Part shown: in pieces, positions 36,385 through 45,888 of the stretch
Position numbering within the stretch: position 1 is the first letter of the stretch
Layout of the letters: each line of letters starts with the position of its first letter
Source: an uncultured Acidimicrobiales bacterium
GTDB taxonomy: Bacteria > Actinomycetota > Acidimicrobiia > Acidimicrobiales > SZUA-35
Length of the DNA: 64,000 nt
Direction: 5' to 3'
Assembly: GCA_963803845.1 (NCBI GenBank)
Contig: CAWDNZ010000004.1
Span: 768,713-832,712 of the forward strand
Translations under genes and position numbers: made by a program
The notes under the pieces: generated by a model
The model's input: only the letters and a program-made list of their open reading frames with translations
Database searches by the model: none
What the model was told of the DNA's origin: nothing

Positions 36385-37299
36385 TCAGTCTCCCACCTGG
36401 GAACGAATCGAGTCCATCCAGTTCGTGGCCTCTTTCCAGGCCTCGGTGGAGCGAAAACGACTCTCGTCGGATCCGTCGCCAGCCGCCGGATAGCTGCCCA
36501 GGAACTTGACCTCGGCATGTTTTGCCCGGATGTTCTTTAGGCAATCGGCAACAACGTCGTTGGCGATGTGGCCTTCGAGGTCGATGATGAAGCAGTAGTC
36601 GCCCAGGTTCTTCTTGACCGGCCGAGATGTGAGTTTGGAGAGGTTGATGTTTCGTGCCGCAAACTCCTGAAGGATCGCCACCAACGAGCCGGGGTGATCA
36701 TGACGCTGCGTGAGAACAACGGTGGTCTTGTCATGGCCGGACGGCGACGGCACTCCGGTTTTGGTCACCAGCAGGAAACGGGTTTGGTTGCCTTTGTGGT
36801 CGGCAATGTCCTCAGCCACGATCTCCAACCCATACTTCTCCCCGGCATTCTGCGGACCGAGGGCCGCCACCCCGGGTCGCTCGGCGGCGATCCGCGCAGC
36901 GTCGGCGGTGGAGTTTGCCGGTTCCACGATGGCATCGGGCAGGTTGCTGCGAAGGTACGTTCGGCACTGCGCATTGGCCACCGGGTGCGATGCCACCACC
37001 TTGATGTCTTCGAGCCTGGTTCCCGGTTGCGCCATGAGCTGCATTCGAATGTCCAGCACAACTTCCCGCTGGATCAGCAGGTCGGTGTCGAAAGCGAGGG
37101 TGTCCAGCGTGACGTTGACCGTTCCCTCAATGGCGTTCTCGATGGCCACAAAACCCTGTTCTACTTCGCCGTCTCGGGTGGCATGGAGGATGTCCACAAA
37201 CGTCCGCATGGGTATGGTGGGCTGATCGAGGAGGTCCGTTTGGGAACGCAGTGCCTGCTCGGTGAATGTTCCGGGTGGGCCCAGATATGCGATGGTCAC
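36385..37299 (-). CDS. pheA: Prephenate dehydratase
   Basis: IAYLGPPGTFTEQA, TRFL, and an ACT domain (GSLVAILQEFAARNINLSKLTSRP). Confidence 0.9.
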   Translation of the reverse strand: MTIAYLGPPGTFTEQALRSQTDLLDQPTIPMRTFVDILHATRDGEVEQGFVAIENAIEGTVNVTLDTLAFDTDLLIQREVVLDIRMQLMAQPGTRLEDIKVVASHPVANAQCRTYLRSNLPDAIVEPANSTADAARIAAERPGVAALGPQNAGEKYGLEIVAEDIADHKGNQTRFLLVTKTGVPSPSGHDKTTVVLTQRHDHPGSLVAILQEFAARNINLSKLTSRPVKKNLGDYCFIIDLEGHIANDVVADCLKNIRAKHAEVKFLGSYPAAGDGSDESRFRSTEAWKEATNWMDSIRSQVGD

Positions 37300-37309
37300 G
37301 GGGTCAAGG

Positions 37310-38443
37310 CTACCGCTGGACGAAGGGGCCGGAGATCGACGGATCGATGAAGCGGTTGGTCACCACGTCCATCGGTTCCAGGTCTTCGGGAACATCGATG
37401 CCCCGCTCCCGATAGATCGGGCCCACCAGATCGATGAGGGTCTGCACACGATCCAGGTCGAAGTTTCCGTAGGTGCTGTCGCTCCCGTTGCCGGCAATGC
37501 CGGTTTCTTCCATCATCTCGACGCCTCGCTCGTTGAGGTCCGCGGACAGCGTCCAATAGGTATCGAACGAAGCGTTCAAGTCGATCAACGCCTGGCCGGT
37601 CCCCGCCGGTTCGGTCAAGAAGTCCACCCACGCCTGCTGAAGGACCGGGACCAGCGCTTCCAGACAGGTGGCTTCGGAGTCGATCCGGCTGGACTCCACC
37701 GCATAGGTGGCGGGGTAGTCAGGGAAGCCGAGGTCGTGGACCAACATGAAATCGAGCGGCTTCGCCCACTCCGTGTATTCCTCTTCATACCGGAAGATCT
37801 CGTTGGTGGCAAAGCCGGTTTGGAGTACGTCACCCTCGGCGATAAGCCAGCGATCCGGCGCCCCGGTGTAAGAGGGGTCGAGCTGATCGGCCCCGATGAT
37901 CCCGGCTCCCACCAGGTACTCCATGTAGGCGTCACCCTCGAAATAGAGGACCGGCAACCCACTTTCGGCCAGCTCCTGTGGTCGGTCGGCGGAGAACGAA
38001 TACCGGCGGGGATCCCACTGAATCATTTGGGGACTGATGTCCAGGGAGGTCATCACGGCGGTGGAATCGATCGCTGTTTTCGCGATCACGTCGGACAAGT
38101 TCGCAAATGCGATGTAGACATCGTCGTCGATGAGAAGCTGACCCAATGCCGGTTGCCCGCCGATCGCATCGCCACCCGCTCGGATTTCCACGGTCTCCAC
38201 TCCCCCTACCGCATACCGTTCCTGGATCGGCCCGCTGTAACGGAAACGATCGGTGTCTACTGTGCCGCCGGCGCCGATCAGCTGATAGGCACCACCGTGT
38301 TCGATTTCGGGCCACCAGTCGGTCTGGATCACCAGGTTGGCGGGGCAGCTGGCTGCTTCCGGAGCGGTGCCATTTGATCCGCAGGCCGCTAGCAACGCGA
38401 CAAAAACTGCCACTGGCGCGATGAGTTTGCGGTGGGGTTTCAT
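37310..38443 (-). CDS. ABC transporter substrate-binding lipoprotein (NitT/TauT, NMT1-like)
   Basis: Lipobox ALLAACGS at the ATG-38443 start. Adjacent to a NitT/TauT-type permease. Confidence 0.65.
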   Translation of the reverse strand: MKPHRKLIAPVAVFVALLAACGSNGTAPEAASCPANLVIQTDWWPEIEHGGAYQLIGAGGTVDTDRFRYSGPIQERYAVGGVETVEIRAGGDAIGGQPALGQLLIDDDVYIAFANLSDVIAKTAIDSTAVMTSLDISPQMIQWDPRRYSFSADRPQELAESGLPVLYFEGDAYMEYLVGAGIIGADQLDPSYTGAPDRWLIAEGDVLQTGFATNEIFRYEEEYTEWAKPLDFMLVHDLGFPDYPATYAVESSRIDSEATCLEALVPVLQQAWVDFLTEPAGTGQALIDLNASFDTYWTLSADLNERGVEMMEETGIAGNGSDSTYGNFDLDRVQTLIDLVGPIYRERGIDVPEDLEPMDVVTNRFIDPSISGPFVQR

Positions 38444-38450
38444 ATTTTGC

Positions 38451-39242
38451 CTAGCGGCGATGGGGATCGGTGCGACGCTCGAGAAGACCAACGGCCGCGA
38501 AGAACAGGAGGCCAAGCACGACCGAGAAACCTACCGCCACGATGAGATCCTTGGTTTGAAGATCCCTCGAATATCGATCCATCAGGCGACCGATTCCCGG
38601 TGCTCCCTGCCGGAAGAAGAAGTCCGCAACGATGGCGCCGATCACCGCTCCCCCAGCGGCGATCCGAATCCCGCTGAAGATGGCCGGACGGGCGGCCGGC
38701 AACTCCAACTTGAACAGGCGTTGTGACGGTGTGGCCCCGTGCAGCGTGAACAGTTCCTGGTGGCCCTGGTTCACCGTGCGCAGACCGAAGTGGGCGTTGG
38801 CGATCACCGGGAATAGGCAGATCAGAACGCAGGCGATCACCCTGCTGAGGAAGCCGAAGTTGAACCAGAGGCCGATCAGAGGAACCAGAGCAAGAACCGG
38901 GACCACCTGAATTCCGACGGCATAGGGATACAAAACCCGTTCGGCCAGGCGACTGCGGTGCATTGCAAGTGCAAAGCTCATGCCGATGGCGATCGCCACC
39001 GACAGACCTACCAGAGCGACCAGTCCGGTTCGCAACGTTGCGATTGCGATCGATTCGAGATTCGAGCCGACGTTCCCGGTGGTGGGATTGAACACCGAGT
39101 CAGCGATGACTCGATGCGGGGGTGGCAGGAGGAACCGGCGTCGTTCTGACAGGAGCCCGTAACTGACCGCGTACCAGACCACAAGGCCGATGGCTGGAGC
39201 CACGAGCCGACCCGACCACTTGGAGGCTGCGGCGTTAGTCAT
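38451..39242 (-). CDS. ABC transporter permease (NitT/TauT family)
   Basis: Six-TM BPD-type permease with an EAA-like loop (LFTLHGATPSQRLFKLELPAARPAIFSGIRIA). Confidence 0.8.
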   Translation of the reverse strand: MTNAAASKWSGRLVAPAIGLVVWYAVSYGLLSERRRFLLPPPHRVIADSVFNPTTGNVGSNLESIAIATLRTGLVALVGLSVAIAIGMSFALAMHRSRLAERVLYPYAVGIQVVPVLALVPLIGLWFNFGFLSRVIACVLICLFPVIANAHFGLRTVNQGHQELFTLHGATPSQRLFKLELPAARPAIFSGIRIAAGGAVIGAIVADFFFRQGAPGIGRLMDRYSRDLQTKDLIVAVGFSVVLGLLFFAAVGLLERRTDPHRR

Positions 39243-39269
39243 GGAGTCGGGCTGGATGCGAAGCCACGG

Positions 39270-39731
39270 TCAGGCCGAGAGTCGGGCACGAACCAGTGCG
39301 GAAACCTTCTTGCCGTCCACGTCGCTCCCCAAGGCGGCCATCACCGCTTTCATGGCGGCACCCATCTGGGCCATGTCGGTGATGCCGGCAGCGGCGAGAG
39401 CGGAGTCCACTTTGGCCTCTAGTTCCTCATCGGTCATTGCGGCGGGAAGGTAGGTGGCGATAATGTCGGCCTCGGCCTGCTCGGCGGCGGCTTGCTCGGG
39501 CCGTCCCCCGGAGGTGTAAGCCTCGATGGATTCGCTTCGCTGCTTGAGTTGGCGGCGCAGCACGGCCTGCACCTGGTCGTCGTCGAGTTCGGTTGCAGTG
39601 TCGCCGGCTTTCTCTTCTGCCATCACTGCTGCGATGAGCAACCGAAGGGTGGCGGTGCGCTCCTTGGTGCCGGCCTTCATGGATGCGGTCATATCGGAGC
39701 GGAGCTGAGCTTTGAGCGGCGAATCGGCCAT
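39270..39731 (-). CDS. GatB/YqeY domain protein
   Basis: LKAQLRSDMTASMKAGTKERTATLRLLIAAV N-terminus, typical of YqeY. Confidence 0.8.
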   Translation of the reverse strand: MADSPLKAQLRSDMTASMKAGTKERTATLRLLIAAVMAEEKAGDTATELDDDQVQAVLRRQLKQRSESIEAYTSGGRPEQAAAEQAEADIIATYLPAAMTDEELEAKVDSALAAAGITDMAQMGAAMKAVMAALGSDVDGKKVSALVRARLSA

Positions 39732-39839
39732 ACCCCCCAGTGTGGCGTGGATCAGTCCAGGTTGTTGAGGTATTCCAGAACCGCTGCTGGTTTGTGAATT
39801 CGGTCGTCCCGCCTCGGTCCGGTTGGTACCGTTAGTGGT

Positions 39840-39929
39840 GGAGAGATGGCAGAGCGGACGAATGCGTCGGTCTTGAAAACCGTTGTGGCCTCACGGTCAC
39901 CGGGGGTTCGAATCCCCCTCTCTCCGCCA
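39840..39929 (+). tRNA. tRNA-Ser (anticodon TGA), CCA encoded
   Basis: GGAGAGATGGCAGAGCGGACGAATGCGTCGGTCTTGAAAACCG..long variable arm..GGGGGTTCGAATCCCCCTCTCTCCGCCA. Confidence 0.92.
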
Positions 39930-40220
39930 AAGCCCCCTCGCTCAAATTCCTGTTCACAGCCACACCCACTGTGGCTATCAAAGGGGCAGAACGCCCCATT
40001 GTGGCCATCAACAGGGATTTGAGAGCGGCGCGCAGACGGACGCAACCACGGCACCTCGATCCCCCCGCAAACGAACTCGTGATCAATGTGGCCGCCCACC
40101 AGCCCGACGTCCAGGAGATCGCCACAGCACTCGCCGAGCTCGTCCGATAGCCAAAATCCGTATGGTCGATTGTTGTTGAGGCGTTACACTCGGCAACCGC
40201 AGCTCTAACAGAGTTCACCC

Positions 40221-40309
40221 GGAGAGGTGGCAGAGTACGGTCGAATGTGCCTCCCTGCTAAGGAGGTGACCTCGTAAGGGGTCCGTGGGTTCAAATCCCA
40301 CCCTCTCCG
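40221..40309 (+). tRNA. tRNA-Ser (anticodon GCT)
   Basis: GGAGAGGTGGCAGAGTACGGTCGAATGTGCCTCCCTGCTAAGGAGG..variable arm..GTGGGTTCAAATCCCACCCTCTCCG. Confidence 0.92.
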
Positions 40310-40444
40310 CTCAGCGTTGCCGGGGTCCGAATAGTCGGACCCCGGTGGCCTTTTTCGTCGCAGGCGGTTCGGGCAGTCCCAGCCCACGGGTTGATTCGAC
40401 CGTAGGCCTTCAGACCCAGGCCCCGTTCTGCCGATGACCTGCCC

Positions 40445-41719
40445 ATGCTCAGTGGATTCCGCCTTGTCGCCCTGTTTTTCGCGCTTGCAGCATTCTCCGC
40501 GGGGTGTCTGTTCGACTCGGGCGAAGACTCATCCGCTCCAGCCGCCCTTCCGTTCATCGGAGAAACGCCAAACGATCTCCTCCTAGACAGCCCGGCGATC
40601 AGTGGGGAAGACTCATTCGCCGCAGCCGAGAACACCGGATCCACAGTGCCGCCGATTCCGCCAACCACCTCTGGCCCTGAAACTAGCGTGACGATCCCCG
40701 AAGGCGCGACCCGAAACACTCAACCATTTGAAGTCGTGACCGAACCCACCCGGCCCCAGACCCCGACCACCACACGGGCATCGACGACCACGATCATGAC
40801 TGTGCCCTCCACAGCCACGACGGCGAGACCTACAACTGCACCATCAATCGCTTCGGTCGGTCCCACCACTGCCGCTCCACCGACCACCGCCTCGCCGACC
40901 ACGACGGCTCGCCCGACCACCGCCGCACCGACCACCACAACTACGACGGCTCGCCCGACCACCACCACCAGCACGGCGCCGGCAGGCCCGGTGCTGGTCT
41001 TCGCCGAGGAGTTCGACAGCTTCGATTCCACCCGCTGGACCAAAGAACACTCCACCTACGGGGACGGCAATGCCGAACTCCAGTGTTACGCCCCGCAGCA
41101 GGTATCGGTGGCGAACGGCAATCTCGTTCTGCGGGCCGAGATGCGTGCCGAAACCTGTCCCAGCGGGAGCACCCGCGACGTCACCTCCGGCATGGTGCGC
41201 AGCAAGGGTGTCACCTTCTCCCCCGGGCAACGGATCGTCTACCGGGTGAAACTCACGCCGGACGACGAGGCGAACCAGGGTGGTCTTTGGCCCGCGTTTT
41301 GGTCTTCGGGTTGGGCCGGCGGGGGTTGGCCAAATGGCGGGGAATGGGATGGTTTCGAAGTGATGACCGCCCGCTCCCCCAAGCGAACCGTGTTCTCTTT
41401 GCACTATGCGGACCCCTTCGATCAGCACAAGAAGACCAGCAAGGAGGTCTCGTCGGAGACCAACTTCTCCGCCGACTGGCACGAGCTGAGTTTCGACTAC
41501 GGCATGAACGGCACGATGATCTGGCGCATGGACGGCGAGGTGGTGCAGACCGTGAGCGACGCAAGCACCAAACAAGGCTGGCCCGCTCCTTTCAACCAGG
41601 CGATGACGGAATTGAAGATCAACCTCGCCCTTGGCGGCAGCCCCGGCCCCCTGGACGCACGAGCACTACCAGCCACCTACGAGGTTGACTACGTGCGGAT
41701 TTACGACTTGCCCAAGTAG
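40445..41719 (+). CDS. Glycoside hydrolase family 16 lipoprotein (beta-glucanase-like) with Thr/Pro linker
   Basis: Lipobox AAFSAGC. Long T/P/A-rich linker. Catalytic ExDxxE as GEWDGFEVM, with the surrounding WPAFW motif. Confidence 0.85.
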   Translation: MLSGFRLVALFFALAAFSAGCLFDSGEDSSAPAALPFIGETPNDLLLDSPAISGEDSFAAAENTGSTVPPIPPTTSGPETSVTIPEGATRNTQPFEVVTEPTRPQTPTTTRASTTTIMTVPSTATTARPTTAPSIASVGPTTAAPPTTASPTTTARPTTAAPTTTTTTARPTTTTSTAPAGPVLVFAEEFDSFDSTRWTKEHSTYGDGNAELQCYAPQQVSVANGNLVLRAEMRAETCPSGSTRDVTSGMVRSKGVTFSPGQRIVYRVKLTPDDEANQGGLWPAFWSSGWAGGGWPNGGEWDGFEVMTARSPKRTVFSLHYADPFDQHKKTSKEVSSETNFSADWHELSFDYGMNGTMIWRMDGEVVQTVSDASTKQGWPAPFNQAMTELKINLALGGSPGPLDARALPATYEVDYVRIYDLPK

Positions 41720-41729
41720 CCAAAAAGCA

Positions 41730-41759
41730 CAGTTGCCGGGTGCGGCGGCCCGGCAACTG
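41730..41759 (+). terminator. Hairpin after the GH16 gene (11-bp perfect stem, 8-nt loop)
   Basis: CAGTTGCCGGG-tgcggcgg-CCCGGCAACTG, starting 11 nt after the stop. No clear T-tract. Confidence 0.55.
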
Positions 41760-41766
41760 AGTTCAG

Positions 41767-41840
41767 CGCGCTCGTAGGGACTCGAACCCCAAACCTTCTC
41801 GTCCGTAGCGAGATGCTCTATCCAATTGAGCTACGAGCGC
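41767..41840 (-). tRNA. tRNA-Arg (anticodon ACG)
   Basis: Reverse complement GCGCTCGTAGCTCAATTGGATAGAGCATCTCGCTACGGACGAGAAGGTTTGGGGTTCGAGTCCCTACGAGCGCG. Confidence 0.92.
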
Positions 41841-42013
41841 TCGGTGTCGAATCATAGTTCGGAACGTCTAGGACCACACCTTAGTTTTTGCCGTGACGCC
41901 GGTTCTCGGTGTCGGACCACTCACGCGGCGGATGGTTGGCACCCGAGTTCGGGACGGCGAGACAGGGCCAGACCATCGCGAGGCACCCAGGGTGGGGAAA
42001 CTAGTGTTACAGC

Positions 42014-43318
42014 GTGGCCAAGAAGCGCACAGCTACCTCGCGCTTCGGTGTTGCCAAGCGGGAAGGACATGACGCCACGGCGTTCTATCAACGCTTTCGA
42101 CCCCCAGTTCTGAACCTGTCCACTGATGTGGCACCGGCCAAGCCAGTGGAAAATCCGTTCATGTGCGCCGACGCCCGGAGTATGGAAGCGGTTGCCGACA
42201 ATTCGGTTGCCCTGGTAGTCACGTCGCCGCCCTACTTCGCAGGCAAGGACTACGAAGCTGACCTGGCGGCCGAGGGTGTGCCCGGCTCGTACATCGAATA
42301 CCTGGCCCTCCTGCGGGATGTGTTTGCCGAAGGCGTGCGGGTGCTGGAACCGGGTGGGCGCATCGCCGTGAACATCGCCAATCTCGGACGCCGGCCGTTC
42401 CGCAGCCTGAGCTCAGACGTGGTGGGAATTCTTCAGGATGACCTAGGCCTGTTGTTGCGGGGCGAGATCATCTGGCGCAAGGGCGAAAGCGCCAGCGGCA
42501 ACTGCGCATGGGGCTCTTATCGGTCGGCCTCCAACCCGGTCCTCCGGGACGTAAGCGAGCGAGTGATCGTTGCCAGCAAGGGTCGATTTGACCGTGCCCT
42601 GAAACCCAAGGAACGAGAACAGGCTGGGCTCCCCCACCTCAACTCGATCGGGCCCGACGATTTCACCGACGCCACGCTCGACGTGTGGACATTGCTTCCC
42701 GAATCGGCCAAACGAATCGGACATCCAGCACCCTTCCCCGTCTCGTTGCCGGCCCGGCTGATCCAGCTCTACACCTACGTGGATGACCTTGTGCTCGACC
42801 CTTTCATGGGGGCCGGATCCACCTTGGTCGCGGCCGCTCTTGCCGGTCGTCGATTCATCGGCTACGACACCGACGCAAACTATGTCTCGCTGGCGCGGGA
42901 CCGAGTGCTAGCGGCGCTGGAAGACTCCCCGGCGGAACCGGATCGATCACTCTCGGCTCCGAAGATGGCGCTGGCCGCTTTGGAGAATGATGGCTTCGAC
43001 ATCGACGCTGAAGATGTTTCAGTGCGGGGCAGCGGCCTCCGACTCAACGCAACAGCAACCGATGCCTCCGGCCAGCGGTGGGGAATCTACGTGGCTGGTG
43101 CCAACGGGTCGCAAGGTTCGGGGATCTCGTCCAGCGGTGCCGCACTGAAAGCCGTTGGCGAAGCGACAGCGCTTCGATCCAAGATGGACCCGGACATGCA
43201 ACTGATGCTTGCCACCACGGCCCTGCCGATCCCGACCACCACCGGCGGTGTGGCGTTGGCGGCGGTCCAGCCCAACACCATCGGCCGAGTACTCGAACTG
43301 CACGCCGCCGCCGACTGA
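42014..43318 (+). CDS. Beta-class N4/N6 DNA methyltransferase (SPPY type) with unassigned ~130-aa C-terminal extension
   Basis: Motif IV VVTSPPYF precedes motif I DPFMGAGSTLVAAALAGRRFIGYD (beta permutation). GTG start. No nuclease gene is adjacent. Confidence 0.85.
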   Translation: MAKKRTATSRFGVAKREGHDATAFYQRFRPPVLNLSTDVAPAKPVENPFMCADARSMEAVADNSVALVVTSPPYFAGKDYEADLAAEGVPGSYIEYLALLRDVFAEGVRVLEPGGRIAVNIANLGRRPFRSLSSDVVGILQDDLGLLLRGEIIWRKGESASGNCAWGSYRSASNPVLRDVSERVIVASKGRFDRALKPKEREQAGLPHLNSIGPDDFTDATLDVWTLLPESAKRIGHPAPFPVSLPARLIQLYTYVDDLVLDPFMGAGSTLVAAALAGRRFIGYDTDANYVSLARDRVLAALEDSPAEPDRSLSAPKMALAALENDGFDIDAEDVSVRGSGLRLNATATDASGQRWGIYVAGANGSQGSGISSSGAALKAVGEATALRSKMDPDMQLMLATTALPIPTTTGGVALAAVQPNTIGRVLELHAAAD

Positions 43319-43473
43319 GGTTGGTCCGCTGGTCCGGGTGCCGAAATGTCTGCTGAACGTGACATTTTGGCCTTCTGTCTGCTGTAGGTGACACAAGGTG
43401 TCGGGTCCGGCAGAAATTTCGGGGCGCAGAGTTCGGGCGGAGAGTTTTGGCGGAAGGGTCGTAGGTTGGGGGG

Positions 43474-44664
43474 ATGCGGATTGCGACAACGGTGGCACCG
43501 CGAGCGGTGCGGTCAATTCGAAGCGGCCACCCCTGGGTGTATGACCACTCCGTCCGCACTCAGAAGAAGAGACCTACGGCCGGGGATCTTGCGGTCATCT
43601 TTGATGACAACGACCGCTTCCTGGCGATCGGCCTGGCCGACCCCCACAGCCCTATCGCCATCCGGATCCTTCACCACGGCAGCCCGGCCACCATCGACGC
43701 CGGCTTCTTCGCAACCAAGGTGAACGAGGCAATCGATCGCCGCCGCTCGCTGAGCGACGACCCCGCAACCACCGGCTATCGCCTCATCAACGGCGAGAAC
43801 GACGGCCTCCCCGGACTTGTGGCTGACCGCTACGGCAGCGTGGTGGTGGTGAAGCTCTACACCACCGCTTGGCAACCACACCTGCCCGCCGTGCTCGACC
43901 AGATCGAAGCCCGCTGCGCACCAACGGCGATCGTCCTGCGGGCCAGCCGGGCGGTACAAGCGGTCTGGGGAGACAAGTTCACCGACGGTCAAGTGGAGCG
44001 CGGCACGCTGGTAAGCCCGCTCGTCCGGTTCACCGAAAACGGGTTGACATTCGCGGCGAATGTGGTGTCGGGGAACAAGACCGGCCACTTCCTCGACCAG
44101 CGGGACAACCGGCAAGCCGTGCGCGAACTCAGCCTTGGGAAGAGCGTCCTCGATGTGTTCTCCAGCACCGGGGGGTTCTCGGTGTATGCCGCTGCCGGCG
44201 GTGCCACCTCAGTCACGTCGGTGGACATCTCGCCGGGGGCGATCGCTGCCGCCACCGCCAACATGAAGTCCAACGATCGGTCACCGGTCGATGGCCACGA
44301 GACGATCGTGGGGGATGCGTTCTCGGTGATGGACAAAATGAAGGAGCAACGGCGCTTGTTCGACGTTGTGGTGGTCGATCCGCCGTCGTTCGCTCCCAAG
44401 AAATCCGATGTGGATCGGGCCCGCGCCTCCTACCGTCGCCTCACCAGAGCGGCGCTCGCCGTTCTGAAGCCCGGAGGAACCCTGGTGCAGGCCTCGTGTT
44501 CGGCCAGGATCACAGAAGAGATGTTCGTGCAGGACGTCAAAGGCGAGCTGGGGCGGGCTGACCGACGAGCCACAGGCCTATCGGTCACCGGGCATCCGAT
44601 CGACCATCCGGTCACGTTTGCCGAGGGTCGTTACCTTAAAGCGATCTTCGCGCCCGGAACCTAA
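43474..44664 (+). CDS. Class I SAM-dependent rRNA methyltransferase, RlmI-like (PUA + MTase)
   Basis: RSGHPWVYDHSV (PUA-like N-terminus), GLVADRYG, GHFLDQR, LDVFSSTGGFS, VVVDPP. Confidence 0.8.
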   Translation: MRIATTVAPRAVRSIRSGHPWVYDHSVRTQKKRPTAGDLAVIFDDNDRFLAIGLADPHSPIAIRILHHGSPATIDAGFFATKVNEAIDRRRSLSDDPATTGYRLINGENDGLPGLVADRYGSVVVVKLYTTAWQPHLPAVLDQIEARCAPTAIVLRASRAVQAVWGDKFTDGQVERGTLVSPLVRFTENGLTFAANVVSGNKTGHFLDQRDNRQAVRELSLGKSVLDVFSSTGGFSVYAAAGGATSVTSVDISPGAIAAATANMKSNDRSPVDGHETIVGDAFSVMDKMKEQRRLFDVVVVDPPSFAPKKSDVDRARASYRRLTRAALAVLKPGGTLVQASCSARITEEMFVQDVKGELGRADRRATGLSVTGHPIDHPVTFAEGRYLKAIFAPGT

Positions 44665-44716
44665 CCGATCCCAGGTTTCCCCTACTCTGGTTGGGGTGTC
44701 GACCTATCGCCCGCCC

Positions 44717-45472
44717 ATGGCGCAACGCACGGCATACATCATTGCTGGAATCATTCTCGCGCTCGTCACGCTTTCGGCTTTCGTCAGCCGCAACGAGAGC
44801 CGCGAAGACTTCATCATCCGGATGGAAGCCGGCGACTTCCAGTTCAACGCTCCCAGTTTCAACCCGCCCGATTTCAACGGACCCGACATCAACGGTCCAA
44901 ACATCAACGGTCCAAACATCAACGCCCCCGAGATCACGTTCATCGACGTGCTGTGGAACCTTTTCCTGTTTCTGCTGGCGATCGGGCTCGTAGTGGGGCT
45001 CATCATGGTGATCCGTCGTTATGGACCCGGTTCCGGCAGCGACGAAATTGACACTCGGACAACTCGAATGGAGCACAACCCGAACAATGACCACTACTCT
45101 CCCACCGGGGAGCACGGCTGGGCGGCGTTCGAGCAATTCTGTTATCAGCTGATGCAAGACCCGGACCCTGGCCGGGCGATCCGAGTGGCCATGCGTTATG
45201 CCGAGGCGGGCTTTGGTGGCCTCGATCCGCGAATCGCCGATGAGACACCAAACGAATGGCACCGCCGAATCGCGGCGGCCAATGCCGATCTGGGCCCAGA
45301 CCTCCGGGTAATCACGCAGTCCTACAACGGTGTTCGTTTCGGCGACGCCACCGCACGCTCCATTGAACGGGACGATGCCGTAAATGCGCTGCGCCGCCTG
45401 GCCCGATCCGCCTGTGGAGAAACGCCCCCTGACACGCACGATACGGCCGCATCGGCAAGTGGACTGCAGTGA
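44717..45472 (+). CDS. DUF4129-like membrane protein
   Basis: N-terminal TM. Short repeats FNPPDFNGPDINGPNINGPNINAPE. Second TM. C-terminal ..ETPNEWHRRI...ITQSYNGVRFG pattern, typical of DUF4129. Confidence 0.55.
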   Translation: MAQRTAYIIAGIILALVTLSAFVSRNESREDFIIRMEAGDFQFNAPSFNPPDFNGPDINGPNINGPNINAPEITFIDVLWNLFLFLLAIGLVVGLIMVIRRYGPGSGSDEIDTRTTRMEHNPNNDHYSPTGEHGWAAFEQFCYQLMQDPDPGRAIRVAMRYAEAGFGGLDPRIADETPNEWHRRIAAANADLGPDLRVITQSYNGVRFGDATARSIERDDAVNALRRLARSACGETPPDTHDTAASASGLQ

Positions 45473-45888
45473 CCGAGCTGCTTGGAGGTTTCGCGCGCGG
45501 GTTCCCCGCCGTTGTGTTCTTCTCGATCGTGATCATCCTGCTCACGCTTTTCCGTGCGTGGTCGCGGATGTCATCGGGCTCCATCGGTGCTGGCACCCTC
45601 CGGGTGGTCGAACCAGTAGTCCCAGGACTGCAGTTGGTGCCGTGGGACGCTGTATCTGTGGATGAGTCATTGGAGACCATGCCAGGCGAGGTGGTTTCGC
45701 TCCTGCTCCGCCGCGCTACGGCGTTCGGTATCCTCGTTGACGTTCCCCAGTCGGTCCCTGCCACCGTGCAAGTTGAGTCGCTGCTGGACCAACTGGAAGC
45801 TCATCTCGATCTTCATCCCCTGCCCGTGGGCGTTCACTTCGATCCCTCTGCCCCTCCCCCCTCCCACCCCAGTCAGGTTTCCCAGTGA
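45469..45888 (+). CDS. Hypothetical membrane protein
   Basis: 139 aa with one N-terminal TM (FPAVVFFSIVIILLTLF). GTGA overlap with the upstream gene and ATGA-type overlap with moxR. Confidence 0.45.
   Translation: MTELLGGFARGFPAVVFFSIVIILLTLFRAWSRMSSGSIGAGTLRVVEPVVPGLQLVPWDAVSVDESLETMPGEVVSLLLRRATAFGILVDVPQSVPATVQVESLLDQLEAHLDLHPLPVGVHFDPSAPPPSHPSQVSQ

Noticed and set aside
39883-40179. 98-aa plus-strand ORF (and the minus-strand ORFs 39752..40099 and 39832..40218) between or over the tRNA-Ser genes.
   Set aside because: They overlap tRNA-Ser(TGA) sequence and translate to Arg/His/Gly-rich low-complexity sequence. Only a different, shorter frame in the spacer looks protein-like, and it is reported as a low-interest finding.
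41767-43318. A genomic island or prophage remnant at tRNA-Arg, and likewise at tRNA-Ala, tRNA-Leu and tRNA-Ser.
   Set aside because: There is no integrase, no direct repeat of a tRNA 3' end, and no clear compositional shift. Apart from the orphan methyltransferase, the flanking genes are ordinary chromosomal genes.
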